A stretch of DNA of 64,000 nucleotides from Eledone cirrhosa (taxonomy: Eukaryota). The notes beneath the pieces were generated by a model. That model was not told the origin of the DNA. It ran no database searches and saw only the letters and a program-made list of their open reading frames with translations. The translations under genes and the position numbers were made by a program. Where the stretch lies: positions 58,714,001 through 58,778,000 of the forward strand of contig OZ024746.1 of NCBI GenBank assembly GCA_964016885.1, read 5' to 3'. The stretch's first letter is position 1; each line of letters opens with the position of its first letter. Shown here piece by piece: positions 13,759-32,869 of the stretch.

Positions 13759-14839
13759 TTTGTGTGAGTTTGTGTGAATGTAAGAGTGTGTTTGTGTGAA
13801 TGTATGTGAGTGAGTGTGTAATTCTGTAAGCGTGTCTGAGTTTGCGCGTTTATATTTATATACTCATACATATAAATGTATGCACATACACACAGACGCG
13901 GGAGGGTTGGGGAACAAATTCTAGCTATATAATATTTTAAAACAAATTGTGTAACAAATAGCAGTAATTATAAACTACAACCTCAAGCCCTTTACAAAAC
14001 AGCTAATGGAAAAACTGTAAAAACAAGTACGGATGACGAACCCCGTCTCGATAACAGAAAGTAAGAATGTGTTTCGGAGGCCAGGGCTACAGATATTTAT
14101 ACCGCTGTGTTCAACAAGAAACCTACCGAACCAACAAGAAAGCATATACCTAGTTGTTTGATTTGACAGAAACTACAGCCAAATCTCCCTCAAATCGTCC
14201 TCATATTATTTGAGTCTCAATGAAAGGATACATTGAATAATATAGCCCCATTTACTTTTAACCTTTAATTTCTTATAGAATCTTAGGGGCTATGACGTAC
14301 CTTGCTGTTTGTCCTGTGCATTAAAACAACCGATAATTTGCCCTCTCCATGTTTTACCACAACCGATTATTTCCAGAGCAAAAAAAGTGAGAGAGATAGA
14401 GAGAGAGTGGGGAGCGAGTGTAAAAGAGGGATGAAGATAGGTAACAACAAGGTAGGGGGATGGAGAGAATAAATAAGAGAAAGAAAAAATTGGTACTTTA
14501 TTTAATGACTTCGAACGATGAAAGACAAAATCCATCTCGGTAGGATAGGATATCGGAACACAGAAAGCAAAAACAAATAAAGCAAAGCATTTTATCTTCT
14601 GTTCAATGCTGGAATTAGGGGCTCTGAGATATATTACTAACTGCCGCAGTACAAATCTATAAAGCTACATAAATACATACGTACTTACATACAGACATAC
14701 ATACAATCATACATACATGCGTACATACATACATGCAAACACATATATATTGTTAGACATTAAATGACAAGGTATCGTATTTATCTTTCCATTGTATTAC
14801 GCCCGTAAAACAATGCATTAATACCTACTTTAATTATTT

Positions 14840-15020
14840 AGTATCGGCAGAGAATCCGACACCATGCTTTGCAGCATAGAGTTATGACCCTTTACGGCTT
14901 GAGTTCAAATCCCGCCGAGGTTAACTTTGTTTTTCATCCTTACGGGGTCGATAAAATAAAGTACCAGTAATGCACTAGGATAATTGCTGGCCTTGTGCCA
15001 ACAATAGAAACAATTATTTA
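14840..15020 (+). mobile_element. tRNA-derived SINE (internal-deletion variant)
   Basis: gagttcaaatcccgccgaggttaactttg..gtaccagtaatgcactaggataattgctggcc. Confidence 0.85.
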
Positions 15021-15158
15021 TTTGTATCGTTTGAATAATCCCCAACATATATACGTGGATCATTGTACAGCAGAAGCAGATGGCTATACGTACCGATAGA
15101 ATATTCACATCAGCTCTACATAGCATTCCAGGTCCTACGTTAACTTTGCAGAATACCT

Positions 15159-15558
<400 letters not shown>

Positions 15559-15698
15559 TATATACACACACAGATAAATCTACCAATCAATGGTAGAGTC
15601 TAAACCGTATGAAAAACTCAATGTAATCCGCATGTAGAGGTCGTGAAGTATAGTTTAAAATACAAAATTTTCAACGATATAATTCATTGGAATCAGAG

Positions 15699-15824
15699 TC
15701 AAAAATAGAAATAATAAAACAATGAAATTAAACAAAAATCGGTTAATTCATAGTAAAAAAAGAGTTTTAATATGAATTAACCATTTTTTGTTTAATTTCA
15801 TTGTTTTATTATTTCTATTTTTGA
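15699..15824. repeat. Inverted repeat, ~54-bp arms, 18-bp spacer
   Basis: tcaaaaatagaaataataaaacaatgaaattaaacaaaaa..ggttaattcata versus tatgaattaacc..ttttgtttaatttcattgttttattatttctatttttga. Confidence 0.9.
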
Positions 15825-15963
<139 letters not shown>

Positions 15964-16146
15964 TGAATATATATATATATATATATATATAGTAATATAT
16001 ATATGTATATATAGTAATATATATAGTAATACATATGTTATTTTAATAAATATATATATATGTATATATATATATGTGTGTATATATATATATATATATG
16101 GAGCGTGAGAGAGGGGAGAGAGATAGGTAGATAGATTCATATACAT

Positions 16147-16209
<63 letters not shown>

Positions 16210-16221
16210 TGTACGGTTGTT

Positions 16222-16270
<49 letters not shown>

Positions 16271-16649
16271 AGAGAGATATATATAGTTATTCCTGTGTAA
16301 TGAACCCATTACTCTTCCACGGAGATGTGAATTTATGAATCTGAATTTCTCGTCGTCGCACTTCATAGATTCAGATGTATATTTATATATCGATGCCTCA
16401 ATCTCTGTTACTCTCCCATTACATCGCCTTGTTAATTCTCCTTCCTTCAAGCCCCTTTAAATCTAAACTTCCCGTTACTCTTTACGCTCTATCTTCCTCT
16501 GATTTCCCCTCCGTTATGTGAATTCAATCCTTTTACTTATATATATGACCATATCTCCATCGCATCGGAACCTATATATTATCTCAATATATGCGTGCAA
16601 CAGTTGAATTTACAAGACGGGCCATATATCATATTGTTATGCATATATG

Positions 16650-16727
<78 letters not shown>

Positions 16728-18223
16728 TGTATGTATATATATATATATATATATATGTATTTAGTGTATATATATTTATACATATATATATACACATACA
16801 TATATATATGTATATATACATATATACATACATATATACATATATGTATATATAAATACATGTAAACATATATATATATATGTGTGTATATGCACAAATA
16901 TATACTTATATTGATAGAGATGACAGCAATGTTTTATATAGAAACTCTATGCGTGTGTGTTAACATTGTGGTGTTTGTGTTGTTTGCATGTAGACGTAGT
17001 AGAAGTAGAGGTAGACATTAATCATTTGGGATTTGCACGTTTGTGTGTCCATTTATACACAACATATATAGCTTGATTGATAAGTAATTGGTTGTCCAAC
17101 TGTTTGGCAATTCCTTTGATTAATCGGATTATCCGATTACTGCCGTTTAATCAACTGATTATTGAGCTGGGGAAAACATCAAAGCAAGTCACCTAAGTTG
17201 AAAGCAGGTTTCAAACGATCGATCGTTATGAACGCTGAATGCTACTCTCGACATGATTATTTTTCTCTCAACATGGGAGACATTTTTTTGTTGTTGTTTT
17301 TTTATTATGCTACAGTTATAAATCTTAATAACAGGCATTTATTTTTACGGCTGTTACGTGCATAAATGGAGCGACCGGCAGTTGAAACATTACGACCGCC
17401 CGCCAGCACTATATAAGACTATATTTGCACATCAACCTAAAGTAATGATAATACTTATAATAATACTAATATTTATTCAACGTGGTTCGTTTTATTTTAT
17501 ATATGCTAAAGGTCATAACACAGCTTCAAACCTCGTATTACTGAAACGATACACTAGAGGATGGAGTTCTTTGGTATTTTTGTTATTGCTTCTTTTATAT
17601 CTATATCTTTTATATTGATATATATATTTTGCCGGGATGTTTTTTTAGCTTTAATATTTTATATCACAAATACTAGAGTCGTTGCGCCCGATTGACACCT
17701 CTCACTTGCATATCATTTTTATTTTTTTATATGTTTGTTTGTTTAATATTGTACAAAGCGCAAAGTTAAGTAACCAGATGTTTTATTGTTGTTGTTTTCT
17801 TTTATCTTGACGCGTTTCTGTTACAGTAATTGTTATTTTGTAGACACAGAATGACTCTCCTCGGTTTACCTGTTCCAGGTGTTATAATGACTGTATAGAA
17901 TACAATATTTACATCAGTAGACAGAAGTGTATAAAGTTATTCCTCATTTGAAATGAGTTCTCCTAACGCAGATGACCATATATATAAACGATAACTAGAA
18001 CTAATAATTGATACAAATTGGTAAAGTACCTCTGGGGACGCAAGAAAAGATATTTCCCATCTCCCATGCTACGACTCAATTTTCCGAACTATTATTTGTA
18101 TTGACCAAATATTACTATTATTATTATCATTTACATTTGGACGCACATATTTCAATTTTCAACTGTTCAATGATTCTTGTTTACATTTCTCGTTTTCTTT
18201 TTCTTTACTGTTTGATATCACGA

Positions 18224-18610
18224 ATAATTGTTTCTACTTTAGGCACAAGGCCAGCAATTATGGGGTGAGGGGAAAATGGATTAAATCGACTCTAGTGCAT
18301 TACTGGTGCTTTATTTTCTCGACCCTGTAATAATTGTTTCTACTTTAGGCACAAGGCCAGCAATTACCCAGTGCATTACTGGTACTTTATTTTATCGACC
18401 CTGTAAGGATGAAAGGCAAAGTCAGCCTCGGCGGGATTTGAACTCAGATCGTAAAGGGATGTAACTATGCTGGAAAGCATGGCGTCCGACCCTCTACCGA
18501 TATGAAAGGCAAAGCTAACATTGCCTTTGAACACCAAACGTAAAGGGTCATAATCCTAGGCTGCAAAGTGTGGTGTTTGACGCTCTACCGATCCTGCCAA
18601 TCCACCACCG
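18224..18610 (-). mobile_element. Cluster of partial or nested SINE copies
   Basis: aattgtttctactttaggcacaaggccagcaatt occurs twice, plus a duplicated head region. Confidence 0.85.
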
Positions 18611-19439
18611 TCTCAGACAGATGACACATAAGAGAAACATTTTTTGTAAGTAGCAAGAATAAGTATGTAGCAAGAACATGCCTGCATTTTACATTACGAA
18701 GTTTGGTAAACTATACTTAGCTAGAATTATTGGATATTCGTCATAGATATGATACTGCTGTTTATAGTTTTCTCGTATGTGTGTATCCCCAAATCTATGC
18801 CTGGTGTTAGAATGGCTACAGGGAATATAAAACTGTAGTCATTGAACGTAAATTTATATAAAGATATTCCCCACTGAGTGTATAACGATGATAGAGATAC
18901 AATTTAGAATGCTTCTGTTTACTTTGATACGTTTATCACATCACACGATGCAGATGACATAAAGAAACATAAAGCTATCATTTAGTCACATGATATTGAT
19001 AGATGAGGCATATCATCAAAAGCATTGCATTTCATCCTTTCGGAGTCGTTTAATACAGTACCATTCCACAAGCTGTGAATTAGCGAAATGTTTTAAGAGT
19101 TGAGCGCGGGATGCTTTGCGGTATCTAACCTGGCTTTGTGCGTTCTCGGTTGAATTGCCCTCGCTTCTCTCAGGAGATTCGACGGGAGGACAGTATCAGC
19201 GATGGAAAGACCTATGAAATCATATTCTTGATCTGATATGATGATCGCATCCTTTCATTTTTTTCTTTTACTAGTTTTAAATTATTATTTGTTCTGTCTT
19301 TTTATTTTCACCTGTCCCTTAATGTCCGATTCAGGATGATATTTGCAAGGCCGTGAGTCCCATGTCACCTACACATCACCTACACATCACTGTGTCTCAG
19401 AGGAGGGTGTCTGCAAGTCAAGCAGTTCTGGACATGTAA

Positions 19440-19602
19440 TAATTGTTCCTACTTTTGGCACAATACCAGCAATTATCTCACTACATTACTGGTACTTTAT
19501 TTTATTGACACCGTAAGGATGAAAAGCAAAGTTAACCTCGACAGGATTTGAAATCAGATCATAAAGAGTCTATGCGGCAAAGCATGGCGTCCGACACTCT
19601 AC
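19440..19602 (-). mobile_element. tRNA-derived SINE
   Basis: actggtactttattttattgacaccgtaaggatgaaaagcaaagttaacctcg. Confidence 0.8.
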
Positions 19603-19689
19603 TATGCTGCCAAGGCACATAACAATGTCAGTTCATCTCCTCCTCTTGAAAATTCAACCTTCGTCAATGGCCAAACATTGATAATTTCT

Positions 19690-19897
19690 CGGTTGTTGTT
19701 GTTGAGGTTGATGATGATGGTGACGATGATGGTGATGGTGATGGTGACGATGATGGTGATGATGGTGATGATGGTGATGATAATGATGGTGGTGGTGATG
19801 GTGATGGTCATGATGATGATGATGGTGGTGATGGTGATGATAATGATGACGATGGTGACGATGATGGTGATGGTCATGATGGTGATGATGGTGGGGG

Positions 19898-19929
<32 letters not shown>

Positions 19930-20469
19930 GTGATGGTGACGATGATGGTGATGATAATGATTGACATGATGATGATGGTGGTGGAGATGATGATGACGGT
20001 GAATATGATGATAGTGATGCTGATGGTGATGGTGATGATGATGGTGGAGATGGTGATGGTGGTGGAGATGATGATGATGTTGATGATGATTTCTTTATTA
20101 GCCACAAAGCTTCTGACTGAAAGGGTCAGAAATTAAAGCAATTTGAAAATTTGAGAGACAAAAATATTATTTCATAATTGATATTATCATCGTCGTCGTT
20201 GTTATTGTTGTTGTTGTTGTTGTTCTTGTTGTTCTTGTTGTTGTCGTTGTGGTGGTGGTGGTGGTTGTTGTTGGTGTTGTTGTTGTTGTTGTGGTTGTTG
20301 TTGTGGTTGTTGTTGCTGTTGTTGTTGTTGTTGTTGTTGTTGGTGTTGTTGTTGGTGTTGTTGTTGTTGGTGTTGTTGTTGTTGTTGTTGTGGTGGTGGT
20401 GGTGGTTGTTGTTGTTCTTGTTGTTGTTGCTGTTGTTTTTGTTGTTGTGGTTGTTGTTGTTGTTGCTGT

Positions 20470-20527
<58 letters not shown>

Positions 20528-21001
20528 GGTGGTGGTGTTGTTGTTGTTGTTGTTGTTGTCGTTGTTGCTGTCATTAATATTGTTCTTATTGTTGTTATTA
20601 TTATCATTTTTGCTGTTGTTGCTGTTATTATTATTATTATTATAAGTTCAAATCCCGCCGAGGTTAACTTTGACTTTCATCCTTACGGGGTCGATAAAAT
20701 AAAGTACCAGTAATGCACTGGAAATTTGCTGGCCTTGTGCCTAAACTAGAAACAATTATTATTATTACTATTATCATTATTATTATTCTTGTTGCTCTTC
20801 TTGTTGTTATTATTGTTATTTATTATATTGTTGTTGTTGTTGTTGTTGTTGACAGTGTGTTTCTATCAAGAATTCATCTTTCCACCGTCATGATAGACTG
20901 AATGAATTAATCTCTATCGAAGTGTATCAATTTATGTTGATTTTTTCTGTTTTGTCTTGTTTTTGTATAATGTTGTTCGTTATTTTTCTTTGAATTTGTT
21001 G

Positions 21002-21089
<88 letters not shown>

Positions 21090-21206
21090 GTATATGTATA
21101 TGTATATATATATATGTATATGTATATGTATATTTGTATATGTATATATATATATATGTATATATATATGTATATACATGTATATGTATATATATATATG
21201 TATATG

Positions 21207-21272
<66 letters not shown>

Positions 21273-21277
21273 ATATA

Positions 21278-21358
<81 letters not shown>

Positions 21359-22317
21359 GTATATATATATATATTGTTGTTGTTTAATTTAATGGTTTCA
21401 TATGAGCAGCCGTCCTTTGAATTAGCATTGTTTCATTGTTATTGTTGTTGCTCTTCTCCTTGTTATTGGTAGTGGTGGTGGTGGAGTTGGAGGCGGTGGC
21501 GGTGGCGGTGGTGGTGGTGGTGGTATGGTGGGATGGGGTAGTAGCGGTGGAGGTGGTGGCTGTAGTGGTAGTGGTAGTGGTAGTGGTGGTGGAGGTGGTG
21601 GTGGATATGGTGGTGGTAAAGGTAGTGGTGTTGGATGTGGTGGTGGATGGTGTTTCTGAGGGTAGTAGCGGTGGAAGAGGTGGTTGTAGTGGTGGTCGTA
21701 TTGGTGGTGGATGTGGTAGTGGCAATGGTAGTGGTGTTGGTGGTAGTGGTGTTGGTGGTAGTGGTGTTGGTGGTGGTGGTGGTGGTGGTGGTGGTGGTGG
21801 TGGTGGTGGTGGTGGTGGTGGTGGTGGTGGTGGTGGTGGAGAAGGTAGTGGTGTTGGAATTGGTGGTGGTAGTGGTGATTGAGGTGGTGGTAGAGGTGGT
21901 AGTGGTATTGGTGGTGGTGGTGGTGGTGGTGGTGGTGGTGGTGGTGGTGGTGGTGGTAGTAGTGGTGGTGGAGGAGGTGCTGGAGAAGGTGGTGGTAGTG
22001 GTGTTGGAATTGGAGTTGGTAGTGTTGATTGAGGTGGTGGTAGAGGTGGTAGTGGTGTTGGTGGTGTTGGTGAAGGCGGTGTTGTTGGTGGTGGTGTTTG
22101 CAGTGTTGTTTGGGAGGTAGTATCGGTGGTAGTGGTGGTGGTGGTGGTGGTGGTAATTTTGTTATTACGTGTATGATGTGGGCATGGGTATTGTGGATGG
22201 TGATGCTGTTGTCGTAAGGTTGTTTTAGCAATTATAATTGTGCCTGTTATTGTTGTTGTTGTTGTTGTCGTTGATATTATTATTGCCGTTGTTAGAGTCT
22301 TTGCTGTAATCTCATTT

Positions 22318-22349
<32 letters not shown>

Positions 22350-22510
22350 CTTCATTATTGTTGTCATTGCCTGCTTTCATTGTTGCCGTTCATGTCATCG
22401 TTGTTGTCATTGATGATGTTGTAGTTGTTGTTGTAGTTGTTGTTGTTGTTGTTGTTGTTGTAGTAGTAGTTGTTGTAGTTGTTGTTGTTGTTGTTGTTGC
22501 TGTTGTCGTC
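19690..22510. repeat. Compound microsatellite block: (GAT/GGT)n, (GTT)n, (TA)n, (GGT)n, with a SINE fragment at 20645-20760
   Basis: Direct inspection. Confidence 0.95.
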
Positions 22511-22581
22511 ACTGTTGATATTTGCCTGTCTATTTATTTTATTATCTGCAACAATGGTTGCAGTGTAAAGTTTGCCGGAAT

Positions 22582-23165
<584 letters not shown>

Positions 23166-23298
23166 GTGGAGTGTGAGGATGAAAGAAGTGGAAGTGGAGA
23201 AGCTGAGGGAGATTTATTTCTAAGCATAGATTATGTTAAATATATATATATATCAATAATATTAACAAATGGAAACTATCTTTATATAACCATATTTA

Positions 23299-23355
23299 TT
23301 TTATTATATATATTTCAAGGGTACCAAAATGTTAGCACGCCCTCATCAGATAAAA
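23299..23355 (-). ncRNA. Type I hammerhead ribozyme
   Basis: ttttat-CTGATGA-gggcgtgctaa catt ttggtaccctt-GAAA-tatata-TA-ataaaa. Confidence 0.88.
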
Positions 23356-24868
23356 TACATAAGTTGTTTTGCAGATAGTGATATATCCGAAAACAAGAAC
23401 TTATCGTTTTAAGTTCTGTTTGAATAGTGAAAAAGAAATTAAAATCTTAGAAGGAATATGTTAATGAGGATAACGTAAAGTTGAAAAAGATCGCTATATT
23501 TAGACGCTAGGTAAATTTAAATAATTATTAGTATTATTTTTTAAGGGAAGAAGAGAAAGAGGTTAATATTAATATTAGGGTGGAAGAAAATTTAAGGAAA
23601 GAATATAAGGTAATGTATATTAGAGTAAGAAATATACTATTTTTTTAAATATATAATTGTATGGATCGTATTATTAATGGTGTAAAGAGAGTGAAATAAT
23701 TATATTTATTTATTTAATCATATAATTATATATTTTGGGAGTATCTATAATATGATATGAGAATTATAAATGTGTTAAAGTGGTAGAATGTTAATTTAAA
23801 AAGTGAGAGATACTACGATTGGGTCTATTCTAATAGTGAGTTTTAATATTATAGAGATAATATTTATAATATTTATAAGTATATTTTATGAAAAATTAGG
23901 GTTGTAAGTATATTTTATTTTATTATATTACAACAGGTTATTTATATCAATAATTATGGTGAATTTATATGTTGTTTTTATTAATAGATAGATAATCTAA
24001 ATATTTTTTATGTGAAGAGTTACGATGAATGTTTTGTTTATATTTTCAATATATGTTTTAAGAAAGAGGAAGTAGTTCTATTTTATTATAGAAGATTATT
24101 TTGTACATTCAATAGTTGCATCAAGATAGGAATACATTTACGAAATTATACAAAAAAAATGTTATATTTATGTAAAGTTTAGTTGTTACTTAGAAAAATT
24201 GCGTAAGCGTGTTACATTATAAAGGAAAAGTTAACTCCAATATTTCTTAGTTAAAATATTTAAGTTACATTTACCGTTTATTCTAGAATTTACTTTTTAA
24301 AAATATTCTAATTAAGATATATGTAAAAAAAATATTTTATATATTATTTTATATATGATTTTATAATATCACATTACATATTTTCTAAGATAAAAATTAT
24401 TTTATATATCTATTTAGATAGCATTCCTTATATCTATGCAGGTTACTGATATTAAGCATTTATATGTATGGATTTGCAATGTCTATATAGTCTATTAGGA
24501 AGAAATACTACAGACATCAAAAGTATATTTGAAAACATCATTAAAACCATCACAAAAAAGATATATATCAAAATATCATTTTGAAAATATCATTTAAAAG
24601 AACCTCACAAAGCATAGCGAAGACATATGACATGTAAACAAGTGAGATATAGAGGCTATAAATAATATGTTCTATAGATAATACTCCCGAAAGTCTTAGA
24701 TTGAAGATGTTTGCAGGAGTTGAATAATTCTTTCTTTTTATTTATAGAGTTATTTTGATTGGTAATTATATGAAATATTTCCTCAATAGATAAATGACAA
24801 ATTCTTGAGAGAACCATATTCTGGTATGCGGACGGTTTCGAAATCGTTCCCCCAAGAGATTGAATAGT

Positions 24869-24978
24869 AAACCCGCCGAGGTTAACTTTGCCTTTCATCC
24901 TTACGGGGTCGATAAAATAAAGTACCAGTAATGTACTGGGTAATTGCTAGCCTTGTGCCAATAGTAGAAACAATTATT
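24869..24978 (+). mobile_element. SINE fragment inserted in the PLE endonuclease region
   Basis: cccgccgaggttaactttgcctttcatccttacggggtcgataaaataaagtacc. Confidence 0.85.
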
Positions 24979-26094
24979 GTCTTTTAAGTACCACATTAGA
25001 TGCCTGATCTATTAAATGTATGTTTGTGATTATACCAGCGTTTAAATTTTGTAGAAGTGGCTCCTATATAGTTATATAATGTATCTCTATGTTTTATTGT
25101 GCAATTGTATACTAGGTTTTTATCTAGACAATTATTCTGTAAAGGACAATTTAATTCGTTTATACAGTTACATTTTCTGGAATTGTTGACTATTGGAACG
25201 GTACGATTATTATTAGTATTAATACTGTTATTAGTAATATTATTATTGTTATTTTATTTTATTTGGGTTGGGTTTAAATTTAAGTTTCTATTATTAATTC
25301 TATTTATATTTTGTTCTATGTTCATAGTAGTAGAGTAAGATAGTTTTATTGTATGTCTGTTAAAAATAGAGTGGTATCTATGGGATTTAGGAAAACACTT
25401 ATCTAATGCTTTGAAAAATAGGTTTGCTAAATGAGATTGGGGGAGAGTACCAAATAATATTTCTAGTTCTGGTTCTTTTGTTTGATTTTCTATTTATGTT
25501 AAATTGCTTATTATTATTATTATAGTAAATTTTAGGATGATTTTGCATGTTATTGTTATCCAAGTATTTAAATTTATTCGTGTAGCCAGCTCTATGTAAA
25601 GCATCATTGTAATATACTGCCTTATTATCAAAAATATTTTTATTGGCTGAAATGCGTGAAATTCGTTGCTGGACACTATTGACATTAGCATTTTTGACAT
25701 TTCTAAGATGGTTAAAATGGAAGCTTACATAGTTTAGGTGTTCATTAATCTTATGGAAAGTGTAATATAGTCCTGAGCTAAGGTTTAAAGTGACATCTAA
25801 GAAGTTAACAGTTTTATTATTATTCTCAATTTCTTATATTCTTATATTCTTTCCTTAAATTTTCTTCCACCCTAATATTAATATTAACCTCTTTCTCTTC
25901 TTCCCTTAAAAAATAATACTAATAATTATTTAAATTTACCTAGCGTCTAAATATAATGATCTTTTTCAACTTTACGTTATCCTCATTAACATATTACTCC
26001 TAAGATTTAAATTTCTTTTTCACTATTCAAACAGAACTTAAAACGATAAGTTCTTGGTTTTGGATATGTCGCTATCTGTAAAACAACTTATGTA

Positions 26095-26151
26095 TTTTAT
26101 CTGATGAGTGCGTGCCAAAATTTTGGTAGCCTTGATATATATATAATAAAA
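26095..26151 (+). ncRNA. Hammerhead ribozyme copy in inverted pLTR, core mutated (GAAA>GATA), probably inactive
   Basis: ttttat-CTGATGA-gtgcgtgccaaaattttggtagcctt-GATA-tatata-TA-ataaaa. Confidence 0.75.
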
Positions 26152-26300
26152 TAAATATGGTTTTATAAAGATAGTTTCCATTTGTTAATATTATTGATAT
26201 TAAACTCCAGAAGAAACTGTAGAGTGCTTCGAATCTGTTATAAATAAATTTGTTGAATAACCAACAAATTAAATAACTCTTTGCTTATATATATATATAT

Positions 26301-29077
<2,777 letters not shown>

Positions 29078-29329
29078 CATACATATATTTATTATATATA
29101 AAATTTCATATACACATACACAATTACATATACATTGATTTATACATACCTGCATATACGCAGACACATACATACCTACATACACGATGGCTAGCCGCTC
29201 GTCAGACGAGTACGACCACCTCTGAGAGATTGACTCAAATTTGGGTGTTGCTACGAACAAGAGATCAGGAATGACGTTTGAACATGGCGAGCGTCTTACA
29301 AAGTGTACCACGAAATCTACGAATTAAAC

Positions 29330-30215
29330 CCAAATCTATATTTACAACCTGATTGTTAGGCCTCTCAATTGGATTATGCTTATGGGTCTTTAAGTGACTT
29401 GTGAGTCTAAAGCGGCTCTTGCAGATTTTGTCGCATACATCACATGTAAGTGTGTCTGCAACAATGAACTTGGCGTACTCTGTTGGCAGGTTGTCTATGT
29501 GACACTAGGCTTCAGAGTACTTCGTGCTACAGATATATTGGGCCACACTCATAGCAAACAAGCTGAGGAACCGCTGGGTCTACTTTCTCTCCCTTGCGAA
29601 CAGCTCTATTGGTCTTTGCTTGGAGTGATTGACATCCTTCATATATTTTTCTCCTCCACCTTTTTCTATCCTTCAGACACAATTCCTTAAACATTAACTG
29701 AAGCTTCCATGTCATCGTGGAAGGACTTGACCAAATTGATGAAGTGCTGGTGACAGCCTATCTTTCCCAAACCAGCGCTTCCCTGTTGATCGTATTAAAA
29801 GCGTTTGTGAGATCGACAAAGACTTGATCTCAGCACGAACATTATTCTACACACTTTTCTTGTATTTGGTGCGCTGTAAATACCATGCCCATGATTCTGT
29901 GGTTTGTTTGAAAGCCACACTGAGATTCTGGTAGAAAAGAGATATAGGATTTCAGTCCGGACAGGATTACACCAGACAAAAGGTTTCCGGCTATGCATAA
30001 AATAACTATGCCTCTGTAGCTTGCACAAAGTTCACAGGCACCTTTGCTTTTGAACAGAGGAATCAGTATAGCAGATCTCCATTCCTTTGGAACTTCTCCA
30101 GCGATCCAGACATCCAAAATAACCATGCATGACATCAGACATGTGGTCTCTTCCGAATCGACCATCTTGACCAGCCGCTTTTCCAAGCTTATGATATCCT
30201 ACCTTAAAGGATATC
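29330..30215 (-). mobile_element. Decayed RTE (BovB-like) RT fragment
   Basis: GKAAGQDG, W..GEVPKEWRSAILIPLFKSKG..CASYRGI, LPESQCGF..QIQEKCVE. Confidence 0.8.
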
Positions 30216-30770
30216 ACTATGCAAAACAGGAACTAGAAATCCCTACCAAAAGAGAAGGCCCGTCAGTCGACAATAAATGTAGGCTATGTAAAACAGAGAT
30301 CGAAAATGTATGCCACGTTGTTGCCAACCGCGAAAAAATATCTCATTACTACCTCACTACGAGACACGATGTGATATCTAGAACCATCTGGAATGAACCT
30401 AAAAATAAAAACTGCCACCAAATTAAAGTACAACTGGCCTGATATTGTTGTTTGGGACCACAGATTGAAAACATGGTCTGTTACAGAGATCAGCTCCCAT
30501 TTGATGTAAAAGTTGGAAGAAAAATACAAGAAAAGGAAGAGGACATCTACGGTTCATTGAAGAGGAGTTTGCAGATTCAGTATCCAAGATACACCTTCAA
30601 CTTCATACCCATCATTATTAGAGCTACACGTTATATACCAACCCGCTTGGAGCAAACTTTTGGATTTGTGGACAAAAAGCGCAGCTGACTAATTCATAGA
30701 TTACTAATAGCTGCGATAGCTGGCACCTAGAGAATTTACAAAACATTCTTGTGATTCAGAAATTTCTTTT
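30185..30770 (+). mobile_element. 3' fragment of a restriction-like-endonuclease non-LTR element (R4/Dong-like)
   Basis: KCRLC..E..CHVV knuckle, YLTTRHD, WPDIVVWD (PD-D/ExK), QEK..YGSL, IPIII. Confidence 0.75.
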
Positions 30771-31040
30771 CTTTTAAAACGATGCCAACAGGAAGGTGGC
30801 CGGTGAAAAATCTACTCCAAATTAAGAGCAAGAGAAACATACATACATGAATACATATATACGTACGTACATATACAAATGGTTGCGATAGCTGGCACCT
30901 TCAAAATTTGCAAAACATTCTTGCGATTCAAGGGATGACAATTTCTTTTTTTTTTACAACCTTGCCACCAGGAAGGTGACCGGTCAAAAAAATATACTCG
31001 AAATTAAGAGAAAGAGATATACATACGTACATACATACGT
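30710..31040 (+). repeat. Duplicated ~140-bp 3' end of the RLE element
   Basis: tgcgatagctggcacct..aaaacattcttg..caggaaggt..aaattaagag occurs at ~30712 and ~30885. Confidence 0.8.
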
Positions 31041-31286
31041 ACAGACATACGAACGTACATACATACACACGTACATACGCACGTACATACTCATACACAA
31101 CATCGTTACTCTCGTAGCTTACATGTTTCCAATATGTCCGGCTCATTTAGAACGTTGTGCTATTTCTATACCTTTAGGTCGCACAGAATCCTGGCGACAA
31201 AATGGAATATATCCCTAGTCGGTTCTCGACGAATTGAGAATTGTCATAAATCGGATTTAATCACAGACGGGTAGTTATATAGCTGG

Positions 31287-32056
<770 letters not shown>

Positions 32057-32066
32057 ATATATATTA

Positions 32067-32097
<31 letters not shown>

Positions 32098-32103
32098 CAT
32101 ATA

Positions 32104-32277
32104 TATTGTTATACTTAGGGAGTGTCATATTGTTGTAATAATATTGCCAGAAATAATAACACACTCAGTGTGGTTGGTTTTCGCTTCTGTATCTTTTATA
32201 TCAGCTAATTTTATTTATTCGGTCCTCCTCAATGTTTACCATTGACAATTGACTGACCAACGGTCAAAAATACAGAC

Positions 32278-32280
<3 letters not shown>
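32104..32280 (-). mobile_element. Solo 3' tail of the Neptune-like PLE family
   Basis: Similar to 45870-46040 and 15285-15450. Confidence 0.75.
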
Positions 32281-32364
<84 letters not shown>

Positions 32365-32869
32365 GATTATATAGTTAGATAGATAGATAGATGGAGATAG
32401 ATAGATAGAGGGAGAGAGAGAGACAGATAACAACAACAACACAATGAAGGGGACCATCACCTCCACCAATAACATCAATAAAAAAAATTCTTTTGCAGCA
32501 ACTGTTGCTAAGCAACATGAAATTCAGTATTATCCTATGGATATTTCACACAAGTCTCGATATTTGTTAGAAGCTTCGAACTATGTCGCGTTTGAAGGAG
32601 ACACCACACACATACACACACACACCCACAAATACGAGACATGACCCCGAGAAAAGATATATAGGTAGGTAGACAGATAGGCAGGCAGACGGATAGATAG
32701 AGATAGAGACAGATGCACAGACTGACTGGTTGACAGGCATGCAGGAAGACAATCAGAGAGACAGTCAGGCAGAGAGATATGTGTATATAATATATTGATA
32801 GGTAGATAATAGACATTCAGACGAACAGACGAATAGTTAGCTAGCTAAGCTAGTTGGATAGATAGATAA

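Larger units (their letters stand above)
23250..26200 (-). mobile_element. 5'-truncated Naiad-type PLE with inverted pLTR at its 5' end
   Basis: Minus strand 25850->24660 encodes decayed NKTVNFLDVTLNL..QQRISRISAN..ALDKCFPKSHRYHSIFNRHTIKLSYS..CNC..CP..YIG..CKH. 23250-23608 is the reverse complement of ~25845-26200. Confidence 0.88.

Noticed and set aside
19602-20713. Met-, Val-, Leu- and Thr-rich ORFs
   Set aside because: (GAT)n/(GTT)n repeat artefacts
21384-22367. 327-aa Pro/Thr-rich extensin- or formin-like ORF
   Set aside because: Translation of a (GGT/ACC)n microsatellite that is open in several frames on both strands and has no domain
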